Below, piece after piece: positions 1 through 10,690 of a stretch of 53,436 bases of DNA. The stretch comes from an uncultured Streptococcus sp. (GTDB lineage Bacteria; Bacillota; Bacilli; Lactobacillales; Aerococcaceae). The position numbers and the translations under genes are program-made. Position 1 is the first letter of the stretch, and each line of letters opens with the position of its first letter. The notes beneath the pieces were generated by a model. The model did not search any database. It was not told the origin of the DNA and saw nothing but the letters and a program-made list of their open reading frames with translations. The stretch is taken from the NCBI GenBank assembly GCA_963515505.1, contig CAUPXN010000001.1:1-53436 (forward strand), read 5' to 3'.

Positions 1-53
1 CAATCAAACGTGCTCGTATCATGGGATTATTACCATTCACAACAGTTGACTAA
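1..53 (+). CDS. rpsR: 30S ribosomal protein S18, 3' end only (partial)
   Basis: Translates to ...IKRARIMGLLPFTTVD*, the S18 C-terminus; lies upstream of gdpP-rplI as in Firmicutes. Confidence 0.92.
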   Translation, partial: IKRARIMGLLPFTTVD

Positions 54-61
54 TAATAAGT

Positions 62-92
62 AAAAGGATTGAGAATTTCTCAATCCTTTTTT
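62..92 (+). terminator. Intrinsic terminator after rpsR
   Basis: AAAAGGATTGAG-AATTT-CTCAATCCTTTT hairpin followed by T run. Confidence 0.85.
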
Positions 93-205
93 ATTTTATT
101 AAATTGTTCTTTTTATAGTTGAGTATCTATTTATAAAAATACAGATTATTGATTAACTAGATTGAGTTTTATCTTTTAATCTAAACTTGAATACATAAAT
201 CAGAA

Positions 206-308
206 TGTTTCACGTGAAACATTCTATTAGAAATAATGAATCTTAAAAATGTTTCACGTGAAACATTTGCACCCTACCCCCTCTGTCTAAATTGTTTCAC
301 GTGAAACA
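206..308. promoter_or_regulatory. parS: Three perfect parS (ParB/Spo0J binding) sites
   Basis: TGTTTCACGTGAAACA at 206-221, 250-265 and 293-308; matches the Firmicutes parS consensus. Confidence 0.93.
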
Positions 309-374
309 ATTTTAGAGAACTGACGAGGGGCCAAAACTGTGGTAAAATAAGGTATATAGAAAGAAGGTGCAAGA

Positions 375-2402
375 ATGAAGAAAAGCCTAAAAGAACGTAT
401 TAAGGCTTTACCGACATTTCTTAAAAGTGAAACAATGAAGAAATACGGAATCTCATTTATAGCAATCATTCTCTGTATGCTGATTATAGCGTATGTGATG
501 AATATATGGATGGGACTTATCCTTACTTTATTTGTTATTTTATTAGGAACACTCCTCTATTCGTTTGCAAACTACATTATTAAAGAAACGAATCATTATG
601 TAACGAATTTATCGTACAAAATTAATAAAGGTTCACAAGATGCTTCTATTAAAATGCCGATTGGAATGCTTTTGTTAGATGATAATGGTGAAATTCAATG
701 GATTAACCCTTATTTACAAAAGTATTTTGAACGTAAAGAACTATTAGGGTTTAAACTTGAAGTTGTCGATCCGGATTTAGCGAATATCGTTAAAAATCTT
801 GATGATGATAAAGATAATGTGGTCCATTGGAAAAATAAATACTTCCAAACAGTTTACCATAACGATATTGGAATGCTCTACATGATGGATATTACGGAAT
901 ATGCGTTGATTAAAGAGACTTATCTAGACGAAAGACCTGTATTCGGGCAAATTTTCGTTGATAACTTTGCAGAAGTCTCTCAATCCCTCAGTGACCGTAA
1001 GAAGTCTAACTTGAATAACTTCGTGACAAATCAGCTTACTAGCTGGGCAAATCACAATAATATCTACTTAAAACGTGTAAGTTCAGACCGTTTTGTCGCA
1101 TTTTTAGATAAAAATATCCTTTCTGAGCTTGAAAAAACGAAATTTGAGATTATTGACCGCGTCCGTGAGACAACTGCTCAACAAAATACCCCACTAACCG
1201 TAAGTATGGGGTTCTCGTATGCGGATGATACTCAAGAAGAGATGGATTACGGTTCAATTGCCAAGTTTGCGCAAGATAACCTTGATTTAGCCTTAGGAAG
1301 AGGCGGTGACCAAGTCGTTGTCCGTTCTAAAAACGAAGAAACACGCTTCTACGGTGGTAAAAGCAACCCGTTAGAAAAACGTACAAGAGTGCGTTCTCGT
1401 ATGGTTTCTCAAGCCTTAGAAAATCTTATTGCAGAAGCGGATCAAGTAATGGTTATGGGACATCAATATCCAGACATGGACTGCATTGGTGGATGTTTAG
1501 GTATTCGAAGAATTGCTAAAATGCACGGTAAAACCTCATGGATTGTCACAAATCCAGAGCAATATTCGCATGATATCAAGAAATTGATGGAAGTGATCAA
1601 AGATAATGAACGTCTCTACTCTGCTATCGTAAATCCAGAGATGGCGGAAGCGTTAATGACTGAAAATACACTCGTTATTATTGTCGATGTAAGCAAGCCT
1701 TCCCTATGCGCGGCTCCATCGATTGTTAAAAAAGCCAATAAATTAGTGATTATCGACCATCACCGTCGTGGAGAGGAATTCCCTGAAAATCCTGACTTAG
1801 TTTATATTGAACCGTATGCTTCATCTGTCGGTGAATTGATTACAGAATTGCTAGAATATCAATCTGAAGATGCTGAAAAACTTCAGCCAATCGAAGCAAC
1901 AACCTTGCTTGCTGGTATCATTGTAGATACGCGTAATTTCACGCTTCGTACAGGATCTCGTACCTTTGATACGGCTAGCTACCTCAAATCCGTTGGTGCA
2001 GATACAATTCTGATTCAACGTTTATTAAAAGAAAATGTAGATACGTACTTAATGCGTTCACATCTACTGAACTCGCTCGAAATGCTTCCTAACAATGTCG
2101 GAATTGTTCACGGTGAAGAAAATACCGTATATCCGACAGTCGTGGCTGCACAAACGGCCGATATGATGTTGTCGATGGAAAATATCGATGCTTCATTTGT
2201 GGTTACAAAACGTAATGACGGTCGTGTTGGGATTAGTGCCCGTAGTTTAGGAAACAAAAACGTACAACGTGTGATGGAAAAAATGGGAGGCGGCGGACAT
2301 TTATCCAATGCTGCAACTCAGTTATCCGATATCACGATTGAAGAAGCAATCCGCCAGTTAATTCAAGTGATTGAAGAAATTGGTAGTGAAATTAACTTAT
2401 AA
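375..2402 (+). CDS. gdpP: c-di-AMP phosphodiesterase GdpP (2 TM, PAS, degenerate GGDEF, DHH/DHHA1)
   Basis: GHQYPDMD, IIDHHRR and GGGGH motifs; located just before rplI. Confidence 0.95.
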   Translation: MKKSLKERIKALPTFLKSETMKKYGISFIAIILCMLIIAYVMNIWMGLILTLFVILLGTLLYSFANYIIKETNHYVTNLSYKINKGSQDASIKMPIGMLLLDDNGEIQWINPYLQKYFERKELLGFKLEVVDPDLANIVKNLDDDKDNVVHWKNKYFQTVYHNDIGMLYMMDITEYALIKETYLDERPVFGQIFVDNFAEVSQSLSDRKKSNLNNFVTNQLTSWANHNNIYLKRVSSDRFVAFLDKNILSELEKTKFEIIDRVRETTAQQNTPLTVSMGFSYADDTQEEMDYGSIAKFAQDNLDLALGRGGDQVVVRSKNEETRFYGGKSNPLEKRTRVRSRMVSQALENLIAEADQVMVMGHQYPDMDCIGGCLGIRRIAKMHGKTSWIVTNPEQYSHDIKKLMEVIKDNERLYSAIVNPEMAEALMTENTLVIIVDVSKPSLCAAPSIVKKANKLVIIDHHRRGEEFPENPDLVYIEPYASSVGELITELLEYQSEDAEKLQPIEATTLLAGIIVDTRNFTLRTGSRTFDTASYLKSVGADTILIQRLLKENVDTYLMRSHLLNSLEMLPNNVGIVHGEENTVYPTVVAAQTADMMLSMENIDASFVVTKRNDGRVGISARSLGNKNVQRVMEKMGGGGHLSNAATQLSDITIEEAIRQLIQVIEEIGSEINL

Positions 2403-2417
2403 TTAGGAGGAAGAAAC

Positions 2418-2870
2418 ATGAAAGTAATTTTCTTGAAAGATGTAAAAGGTAAAGGTAAAAAAGGTGACGTTAAAAACGTTGCAGACGGATACGCACAAAA
2501 CTTCCTAATCAAAAATGGTTTTGCTAAAGAAGCAAATGCTGCAAACTTAGCAACTTTATCAGGACAAAAGAAAGCTGAAGAAAAACATAACGCTGAATTA
2601 TTAGCAAAAGCCAAAGAAATTAAAGAGTTCTTAGAACGCGAAGATACAGTTGTAACGATTAAAGCAAAAGCAGGGGAAGATGGCCGTCTATTCGGAGCTA
2701 TCCCAGCGAAACAAATCGCTGAAGAATTCAACAAGAAATTCAATGTAGAGCTTGATCGTCGTAAATTCGAATTAGCAGCACCAATTCGTGCCTTAGGATT
2801 CACTCGTGTACCTGTTAAATTACATCACGATGTAACAGCCATTATGACTGTCAATATCGTTGCTCAATAA
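2418..2870 (+). CDS. rplI: 50S ribosomal protein L9
   Basis: [16 protein letters not shown]...GYAQNFL signature; GGAGG RBS. Confidence 0.98.
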   Translation: MKVIFLKDVKGKGKKGDVKNVADGYAQNFLIKNGFAKEANAANLATLSGQKKAEEKHNAELLAKAKEIKEFLEREDTVVTIKAKAGEDGRLFGAIPAKQIAEEFNKKFNVELDRRKFELAAPIRALGFTRVPVKLHHDVTAIMTVNIVAQ

Positions 2871-2881
2871 TAAGAAATAGT

Positions 2882-2912
2882 AAGGATTTTCCCGTTGTGG
2901 AGAATCCTTTTT
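2882..2912 (+). terminator. Intrinsic terminator after rplI
   Basis: AAGGATTTTCC...GGAGAATCCTT hairpin followed by T run. Confidence 0.75.
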
Positions 2913-3067
2913 CTTTTGGTTTTAAATATGTGATTTAGTTCACAAAGTTATAAATGAACATACAAGTTTTCATGCTCGAAAAGACTCACTCTTCTGTTTT
3001 ATTACAGCGTTTTATGATACAATGAAACTGTATTTTTATGGTTATTTTTAGTAGAAAGGGTGTTTGA

Positions 3068-4453
3068 ATGGAAGAACTATATCCAAATTTAGTTCCACCA
3101 CAAAATATTGAGGCAGAAGAAGCCGTTTTAGGGTCTATTCTTCTTGCTAGTGACTCGATTATTTCCGTTATGGAATTTTTGACACCGGAAGATTTTTATC
3201 GTGTTTCTCATCAATTAATTTTTGCGGCAATGATTGAATTAAACCAAAACAATATCGATATTGACGCAATCACCGTTTCAGAGATTTTAAGACAAAAGAA
3301 TCAAATGGAGAATATTGGTGGAGAAGTAACTTTAATCGAACTTCTTGATAAAGTGCCAACTGCAGCCAACGTAGAGTACTATACACAAATCGTTTTAGAA
3401 AAATCTACGCGTCGCAAATTAATTAAAACTTCGACAAATATTGTAAAAACGGCTTACCAAGAGGATGAACCAATTGCCAACGTTTTGGATACTGCTGAGA
3501 AAGATATTCTTTCAGTATCGGAAGGACGAAATAAGGCTGGTTTTATTCCAATCAGCTCGGTTCTTCGTACCGCTTATGAAAGCTTAGAAGAGCGTGCGAA
3601 AAACAATGGTGAAGTGACAGGGATTGCAACAGGATATATCGGCTTAGACAGAATGACGTCAGGGCTACATGCGGATGAGTTAATCATCTTAGCGGCTCGT
3701 CCATCTGTTGGTAAAACGGCCTTTGTATTGAATATTGCAAAGAACGTTGCCGTGAACTTGAACGAAACGGTAGCTATCTTCAGTCTTGAAATGGGGGCTG
3801 AGTCCCTTGTAGAGCGTATTATCTGTTCACATGCTAGCATCAACGCAGGACATTTGAAAACAGGTAAATTAACGCCTGAAGAATATACACAATATTTCGT
3901 GGCGACCGGAGCATTATCTGAAGCACCAATTTTTATTGATGATACTCCAGGGATTCGTGTTGCTGAAATCCGTGCAAAATGTCGTCGTCTAAAACAAGAG
4001 CGTAATAATCTTGGGCTAGTCGTCATCGACTACTTGCAGTTGATTGAAGGAAACGGAAAAGAGAGTCGTCAACAAGAGGTTTCTGAAATCTCTCGTAACT
4101 TGAAGAAATTAGCGAAGGAATTAAAAGTTCCTGTTATCGCACTTTCGCAATTATCGCGTGGTGTGGAACAACGTCAAGATAAACGACCAATCATGTCAGA
4201 TATTCGTGAATCTGGATCTATCGAGCAAGATGCCGATATCGTAGCGTTCTTATATCGTGATGATTACTATCGTCAAGAGCCAGATGAGAATGGACATGTT
4301 CCAGAGGTGGAACCAAATAGTACCATTGAAGTGATTATCGAGAAAAACCGTAGCGGTCCTCGTGGAACGGTTGAATTGAACTTCATGAAAGAATTTAATA
4401 AATTTACAAATCTTGTGCCAGATGGAGTCGAGCAAAACGCTCCAATGGCCTAA
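3068..4453 (+). CDS. dnaB: Replicative DNA helicase (DnaB family; DnaC in Bacillus nomenclature)
   Basis: PPQNIEAE N-terminus, AARPSVGKT Walker A, IDYLQL, SDIRESGSIEQDAD. Confidence 0.97.
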   Translation: MEELYPNLVPPQNIEAEEAVLGSILLASDSIISVMEFLTPEDFYRVSHQLIFAAMIELNQNNIDIDAITVSEILRQKNQMENIGGEVTLIELLDKVPTAANVEYYTQIVLEKSTRRKLIKTSTNIVKTAYQEDEPIANVLDTAEKDILSVSEGRNKAGFIPISSVLRTAYESLEERAKNNGEVTGIATGYIGLDRMTSGLHADELIILAARPSVGKTAFVLNIAKNVAVNLNETVAIFSLEMGAESLVERIICSHASINAGHLKTGKLTPEEYTQYFVATGALSEAPIFIDDTPGIRVAEIRAKCRRLKQERNNLGLVVIDYLQLIEGNGKESRQQEVSEISRNLKKLAKELKVPVIALSQLSRGVEQRQDKRPIMSDIRESGSIEQDADIVAFLYRDDYYRQEPDENGHVPEVEPNSTIEVIIEKNRSGPRGTVELNFMKEFNKFTNLVPDGVEQNAPMA

Positions 4454-4496
4454 TAACAGACATTTAAATGAATAATACAAAGAAGAGGTGCGTCAA

Positions 4497-5786
4497 ATGT
4501 CATCAGTAGTAGTAGTAGGAACACAATGGGGAGACGAAGGTAAAGGAAAAATTACAGACTTCCTCAGTGAGAACGCAGAAGTCATTGCCCGCTATCAAGG
4601 GGGAGACAATGCAGGACATACGATTCAATTCAATGGAGTGACTTATAAACTTCACTTAATTCCATCAGGAATTTTTTCACCAGAGAAAATCAGTGTAATC
4701 GGGAATGGGGTTGTATTGAATCCAAAATCTCTAATCACAGAACTTGCGTATTTACACGAAAGAAATGTGACTACTGATAACTTACGTATTTCAGACCGCG
4801 CGCATGTCATCTTGCCATACCACACTCGCTTAGACCAATTACAAGAAGAAGCTAAAGGCGACAACAAAATTGGGACAACGAATAAAGGGATTGGACCTTG
4901 CTACATGGATAAAGCAGCGCGTGTTGGGATTCGTGTGGCAGATTTACTAGACCGTGAAGTATTTGCAGAACGTCTAAGAATCAACTTAGCCGAAAAGAAT
5001 CGCCTCTTTACTAAAATGTACGATGCAGAACCAATCGAATTCGATGATATTTTTGAAGAGTACTACGAATATGGTCAACAAATGAAACAATACGTTTGCG
5101 ACACTTCTGTGATTTTAAATGACGCACTAGACAATGGCAAACGCGTATTATTCGAAGGCGCCCAAGGTGTTATGTTGGATATCGACCAAGGAACATATCC
5201 ATTCGTAACTTCTTCTAACCCAGTTGCTGGTGGGGTTACTATCGGTAGCGGTGTTGGACCTTCAAAAATTGATAAAGTCGTTGGGGTATGTAAAGCGTAC
5301 ACTTCTCGTGTAGGGGATGGACCTTTCCCAACAGAATTATTTGATGAAATCGGCTCACGTATTCGTGAAGTCGGACGTGAATACGGTACAACAACTGGAC
5401 GTCCAAGACGTGTGGGGTGGTTCGATAGCGTTGTAATGCGTCACTCGAAACGTGTATCAGGTATTACAAACTTAAGCTTAAACAGTATTGACGTATTAAC
5501 TGGTTTAGAAACAGTGAAAATCTGTGTGGCTTACCGCAAACCAAATGGAGAAGAAATTTCTCACTACCCAGCAAGCCTAGTAGAACTAGCACAATGCGAA
5601 CCTGTGTATGAAGAATTACCAGGTTGGAACGAAGACATTACAGGATGCCGTTCACTTGAAGAGCTTCCTGAAAATGCACGTAACTATGTTCGCCGTATTT
5701 CAGAATTAGTCGGCGTACGTATTTCTACATTCAGTGTAGGACCAGATAGAGAACAAACCAACATTTTAGAAAGTGTTTGGGCATAA
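4497..5786 (+). CDS. purA: Adenylosuccinate synthetase
   Basis: [11 protein letters not shown] and [14 protein letters not shown] motifs; start moved to ATG 4497 after GAGGTG RBS. Confidence 0.98.
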   Translation: MSSVVVVGTQWGDEGKGKITDFLSENAEVIARYQGGDNAGHTIQFNGVTYKLHLIPSGIFSPEKISVIGNGVVLNPKSLITELAYLHERNVTTDNLRISDRAHVILPYHTRLDQLQEEAKGDNKIGTTNKGIGPCYMDKAARVGIRVADLLDREVFAERLRINLAEKNRLFTKMYDAEPIEFDDIFEEYYEYGQQMKQYVCDTSVILNDALDNGKRVLFEGAQGVMLDIDQGTYPFVTSSNPVAGGVTIGSGVGPSKIDKVVGVCKAYTSRVGDGPFPTELFDEIGSRIREVGREYGTTTGRPRRVGWFDSVVMRHSKRVSGITNLSLNSIDVLTGLETVKICVAYRKPNGEEISHYPASLVELAQCEPVYEELPGWNEDITGCRSLEELPENARNYVRRISELVGVRISTFSVGPDREQTNILESVWA

Positions 5787-5814
5787 AAAAGTAATAGAGT
5801 AAAGGAGGATTTAT

Positions 5815-6531
5815 ATGAAAAAAATCCTAGTTGTAGATGATGAGAAGCCAATCTCAGACATCGTCAAGTTTAGTCTTACAAAAGAGGGCTTTGAAGTAAT
5901 CACAGCCTTTGACGGTGAAGAGGGTCTGGTGGCTTTCAATGAAAAAAATCCAGATTTAGTTATTTTAGACTTAATGTTACCGAAAATTGATGGCTTAGAA
6001 GTGTGCCGTGAAATCCGTAAAACAAGCAATGTCCCAATTATCATGGTGACAGCCAAAGACTCTGAAATCGATAAAGTTTTAGGTCTTGAACTTGGAGCCG
6101 ATGACTATGTGACAAAACCTTTCTCAAACCGTGAGTTAATCGCGCGTGTGAAAGCAAACTTACGTCGTCAACAATTAGCTCCAGCGGAAGCCGAAGAAGA
6201 AAAAACAGCTAACGAAATCGTATTAGGTTCACTCATTATCCATGAAGATGCTTATGTGGTTTCAAAACGCGGCGAAGAAATCGAATTAACGCACCGTGAG
6301 TTCGAATTACTTCACTACTTAGCAAAACATATCGGACAAGTAATCACACGTGAGCATTTATTGCAAACGGTTTGGGGATATGATTACTTCGGAGATGTGC
6401 GTACAGTAGACGTTACGGTACGTCGCTTACGTGAAAAAATCGAAGATACACCGAGTCACCCAACATGGATTATGACTCGTCGTGGGGTAGGTTACTACAT
6501 CAAGACCCCAGATCAAGAAAAAGAAGCTTAA
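5815..6531 (+). CDS. walR: Essential response regulator WalR (YycF/VicR)
   Basis: OmpR family, [26 protein letters not shown]; first gene of yycFGHIJ. Confidence 0.97.
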   Translation: MKKILVVDDEKPISDIVKFSLTKEGFEVITAFDGEEGLVAFNEKNPDLVILDLMLPKIDGLEVCREIRKTSNVPIIMVTAKDSEIDKVLGLELGADDYVTKPFSNRELIARVKANLRRQQLAPAEAEEEKTANEIVLGSLIIHEDAYVVSKRGEEIELTHREFELLHYLAKHIGQVITREHLLQTVWGYDYFGDVRTVDVTVRRLREKIEDTPSHPTWIMTRRGVGYYIKTPDQEKEA

Positions 6532-6613
6532 GATTGAAATGCGCTTTTCCTTGCCACCTGATCTACCGGCAAGAAAAGCGTATTTTTCTAAAAAGTAGAG
6601 GGGGAAATGACTC

Positions 6614-8470
6614 ATGAATACAATGAAACGATTCTTTCGTTCCATTCAATTTAAGATTCCGATGCTGTTCATCTTGCTCTTAGTCATTTCGTTGCAACTC
6701 ATTGTCGCAAACTTCTTAACGCAATTAGAGTCGCAAATGATTTCCAACTTCCAAGAACAAATCCAACTGCAAGTAGGGTTCTTGAAGAATAATGTGCAGC
6801 CGATTTTGGCAAAAGATGCGACTGATGAAGCGAAGATGTCTGAAATTTCGCAATTGCTACAAGATTATCCAACAGGGAATAGTATTGTCGAAATTCGCAT
6901 CATGGACATGCAAGGATATATTTTGGGAACAACCAACCAAACGCAACAATCTGTTGTAGGAACGCGTTCAACAGAAGCGGACGTTCAACAAGTCGTTGTG
7001 TCGAATACCGTTCAAAGCTACAACTTCACGGAAGGCGAAACGCGTTATTGGAAATACGTTTCACCGATTGACCCAGTGAATACTGCTTCAGGAAATCCGG
7101 TTGGGATTATTTCGGTAACATCGAATATCGAATCGCGTTATACGCAAGTCAAAGATATCGGGGTTATCTTTATTAGTTCTTCTATCTTTGTCATTATTTT
7201 GGCGATCGTGATCACCGTGATGATTTCACAAGGGATTACGCGTCCAATCGCAGAGATGAAGCAACAAACTGAGCAAATCGCCGAAGGAAACTATACAGGT
7301 GAAGTGATGATTTACGGAGACGATGAGCTTGGTCAACTTGGACAAGCGATTAACGACCTCTCTGTGAAGATTAAAGAAGCACAAGAAGGAACCGAAGCGG
7401 AACGGCAAAGGCTGGATAGTGTCCTTCGTCATATGAGTGACGGGGTAATTGCGACCGACCGTCGTGGACGTATTGTGATTATCAATGCGGCTGCGTTAGA
7501 TATTTTAAACTTACGTAGCGAACGTATTGTCGGTACACCACTATTAGATGTATTAAGACTCGACCGTACTGTGACTTTCAGGGATTTACTCGAGTCTCAA
7601 GAAGAACGTATGATTACGTTTGAAGAAGATGGCGAAGATACGATTGTTCAATGTGAGTTCTCAGTCATCCAACGTGAATCTGGATTTATTAGCGGTCTTG
7701 TCTGCGTCTTAACAGACGTTACCGAGCAAGAAAAAATCGACCGCGAACGTCGTAATTTCGTATCGAACGTTTCCCACGAATTACGTACCCCACTAACAAG
7801 TATTAAGAGTTACACAGAAGCGTTAGTGGATGGGGCATGGGAAAATAAAGAAATTGCACCAGAATTCTTACACGTTATCGAAACTGAAACGGACCGTATG
7901 ATGCGTATGATTACGGACTTACTCAACTTATCGCGTATGGACCAAAACCGTCTCGAGCTCGATAAGGAATTCGTGAATATGAATGAGTTGGTAAAACATA
8001 TTGCCAACCGTTTCGATATGGTGCTTTCAAGTGACCAATATCGTGAAAAGAATTACCGTATTTTAACGGACATCACGCAACGAGACTTATGGGTAGAAAT
8101 CGACCAAGATAAGATGACGCAGGTGCTGGATAATATTATCAATAACGCGATTAAATATTCTCCAGATGGGGGTCGTATTATCGTTCGTCTGATGGAAACT
8201 CATACGGACTTAATCGTGAGTGTAAGTGACGAAGGGTTGGGAATTCCACGTAAGGATATTCCACACTTATTCGACCGATTCTATCGTGTAGATAAGGCTC
8301 GTTCAAGAGCGATGGGTGGTAGTGGTCTTGGACTGGCTATCGCGAAAGAAGTTGTCCAATTACATGGTGGAAAAATTTGGGTGAACAGTATTGAAAACAA
8401 AGGGTCAACATTCTTTGTTTCTCTACCATATGTTCCATTTGAAGAGGACGGTGAATGGGATGAATTTTAA
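6614..8470 (+). CDS. walK: Sensor histidine kinase WalK (YycG)
   Basis: Two TMs, HAMP, PAS, FVSNVSHELRTPL H-box, RVDKARSR/GGSGLGL. Confidence 0.96.
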   Translation: MNTMKRFFRSIQFKIPMLFILLLVISLQLIVANFLTQLESQMISNFQEQIQLQVGFLKNNVQPILAKDATDEAKMSEISQLLQDYPTGNSIVEIRIMDMQGYILGTTNQTQQSVVGTRSTEADVQQVVVSNTVQSYNFTEGETRYWKYVSPIDPVNTASGNPVGIISVTSNIESRYTQVKDIGVIFISSSIFVIILAIVITVMISQGITRPIAEMKQQTEQIAEGNYTGEVMIYGDDELGQLGQAINDLSVKIKEAQEGTEAERQRLDSVLRHMSDGVIATDRRGRIVIINAAALDILNLRSERIVGTPLLDVLRLDRTVTFRDLLESQEERMITFEEDGEDTIVQCEFSVIQRESGFISGLVCVLTDVTEQEKIDRERRNFVSNVSHELRTPLTSIKSYTEALVDGAWENKEIAPEFLHVIETETDRMMRMITDLLNLSRMDQNRLELDKEFVNMNELVKHIANRFDMVLSSDQYREKNYRILTDITQRDLWVEIDQDKMTQVLDNIINNAIKYSPDGGRIIVRLMETHTDLIVSVSDEGLGIPRKDIPHLFDRFYRVDKARSRAMGGSGLGLAIAKEVVQLHGGKIWVNSIENKGSTFFVSLPYVPFEEDGEWDEF

Positions 8471-9818
8471 ACGTTATCGAGCAATGCTAACGGCGCTCTT
8501 TGTATTAATGGCCATTAGCTTTGTGTTTACGTATCTCATCGTAGTACGTCCGGTTGATTTCTTTACGAATCAAAAGCAAAATAATAATAAAGTTGCAACA
8601 CAACAAGATACAGGTGTACAAGTTCGTGCAACCTATTCGATGGAGGATGTCTTCAGACCCACTCGTTTAGTGTTAACGAATAAAAATAAATACGAAATGA
8701 CAAGTAGCGCTTCAATTATGAGAGAAGTGAACAGTCATTTAAATAAACGATTTACGAATTTAACGCGTCTGGAAACGATGGATGAGACTACTTATGAAAA
8801 TCTTGTCTTGCGTGAAGCGCGCATTGAAATTCTATTTGATGGATTACATTCGTTTGGGATTTTGAGTCGCTACTTCGATGCAAATAATGAGGACTTAAGC
8901 AATGATCGTTTCTCACGCATTGTGATTCGTACGGACGATCCTCATACAGCGTACTTCATTAACGACGAGAATAAACAACTCTACAGTGCAAAAATTGATG
9001 AGAGTCTCAAAACAGAACTCGAAGCATTATATGCGGATAGTGACTTCTATGAAGTCGAATCTTATCGTGGAAAGACAAAACAATTCTTTGTCGAACAAGA
9101 TAATTTGAATGTTGAACAATCGGCCTACTTAATCGAACAAATCCCGATGAGTTTCTACATTACTCAATTATTTACTAACCAATCAGAAATTCGTACGCGT
9201 GGAGACGGAAAGACAGTTGTGTACAATGATAACTTGTCGCAATTGAAATTGGACCGTACAACGAATGTAGTTACTTTCTTTGAGAACCGTTCAGGAGAAG
9301 AAACGCTACTCTATACGAATAACTTAACGCAAACTTTCAATCAGATGAAACGTCTTGGAGGTTGGCAATTAGGTGTGAGTCTATTCTCAGTGGATTTAAA
9401 TAATAATATTGTTGATTTTGTCCGCTATGTCGATTCGTATCCAATTTTATCGAGCGGAAAAGAAGGATTTACGCAAATAAAAGCCAACACGAATGGCATC
9501 GAAAAAATGAGAACTTCATCGCTAATCGCACAAACACCTTTACCAACGAAAAGTAAGAAGGTAACGGTTGTTGGTGGGAAGACGATCGTCACTGAAATGT
9601 TGAACGAAGGCTTCGTCATGAATGAGATTGAAGATATTCGAATCGGCTATTCATGGACGATTAGTAGCGAGAGTGTTCAAATCGTTGAATTTACGCCAAC
9701 GTGGTACATCAAAAAGAATGGAACCTGGAAGACGCTTGCTGAATTAAAAGCAGAGAAGCATCAGACAGAACCAGCGAACGGACCGCAAACAACGGGAGGT
9801 GACGCAGATGGATTTTAA
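8460..9818 (+). CDS. walH: WalK regulator WalH (YycH)
   Basis: Single N-terminal TM, C-terminal ...PTWYIK; directly after walK; start at ATG 8460. Confidence 0.85.
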   Translation: MNFKRYRAMLTALFVLMAISFVFTYLIVVRPVDFFTNQKQNNNKVATQQDTGVQVRATYSMEDVFRPTRLVLTNKNKYEMTSSASIMREVNSHLNKRFTNLTRLETMDETTYENLVLREARIEILFDGLHSFGILSRYFDANNEDLSNDRFSRIVIRTDDPHTAYFINDENKQLYSAKIDESLKTELEALYADSDFYEVESYRGKTKQFFVEQDNLNVEQSAYLIEQIPMSFYITQLFTNQSEIRTRGDGKTVVYNDNLSQLKLDRTTNVVTFFENRSGEETLLYTNNLTQTFNQMKRLGGWQLGVSLFSVDLNNNIVDFVRYVDSYPILSSGKEGFTQIKANTNGIEKMRTSSLIAQTPLPTKSKKVTVVGGKTIVTEMLNEGFVMNEIEDIRIGYSWTISSESVQIVEFTPTWYIKKNGTWKTLAELKAEKHQTEPANGPQTTGGDADGF

Positions 9819-10677
9819 GAGAAGTGCAGTCGTCCTCATCGTCTGCTTCTTTATCCTTGATTTATTCTTATTCGGATTAGTATGGCAAAAACGAACCGAC
9901 ACGAAAAATCCGTTGAATACAAGTATTAACGTCATCGACCAAATGAAGTTAGACGGAATTACATTACCAACGCTAAATGCGACGGTGGAGGCCGTTCCGA
10001 TTATTCAAGTAACACCGGAATCTACAGATGGCAAATTGTCTAGCTTACCAAATCAAGTCGTAACGCTAGAAAAAAATATTATTAACGGGCAATTTGTGAC
10101 ACCAATCCAATTAGACTTAAGCGGATCTGTATCTGCAGATAGCTTTGCGGATTTAACAAAAATCGTTGAAAATAATCAAGTGACTTTTGGAGACCAATAC
10201 ACATGGTCGTCCTATAATCCGACTACACGTAAAGTGATTTATACGCAAAAAGCTGACAAGTTAACGATTATGGATGGTTCGAGTCAAATCATTTTCACGA
10301 TTAATGCCAATGACCAAGTCGTAAGCTACGAACAGATTTATGCTGGAAGTGTGCAAGTACTTGGGAAAGAACGTGAATTGATTACAGCTCAAAAAGCGGT
10401 TGAGATTCTCTATTTAGCGGGACGAATTTCATCGAAGGCAACCGTTCAATCGGTGAAATTATCTTACTATCAATCGCTAGTGCTGAAAGATTTTTCAATT
10501 TACTCACCTGCGTGGTATATTGAAATACGTCAAGCTGATGGACAATTAATCGCCCGTCGTGTGGATGCGATTCATGGAACGGTTCTAGCGAATGAAACGC
10601 TAGAAACAACCAATACGCAAACACAGCGTACAACCACAAATAACACAACAACAACGCAAAGTGTACAACAACAATAA
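9808..10677 (+). CDS. walI: WalK regulator WalI (YycI)
   Basis: MDFKR..LI..FFILDLFL N-terminus, YSPAWYI...VDAIHG; operon position. Confidence 0.87.
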   Translation: MDFKRSAVVLIVCFFILDLFLFGLVWQKRTDTKNPLNTSINVIDQMKLDGITLPTLNATVEAVPIIQVTPESTDGKLSSLPNQVVTLEKNIINGQFVTPIQLDLSGSVSADSFADLTKIVENNQVTFGDQYTWSSYNPTTRKVIYTQKADKLTIMDGSSQIIFTINANDQVVSYEQIYAGSVQVLGKERELITAQKAVEILYLAGRISSKATVQSVKLSYYQSLVLKDFSIYSPAWYIEIRQADGQLIARRVDAIHGTVLANETLETTNTQTQRTTTNNTTTTQSVQQQ

Positions 10678-10690
10678 GAAGGGAATAAAC

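Noticed and set aside
206..308. Three regularly spaced palindromic repeats resembling a mini CRISPR array
   Set aside because: The repeat is only 16 bp and equals the parS consensus; no cas genes in the window
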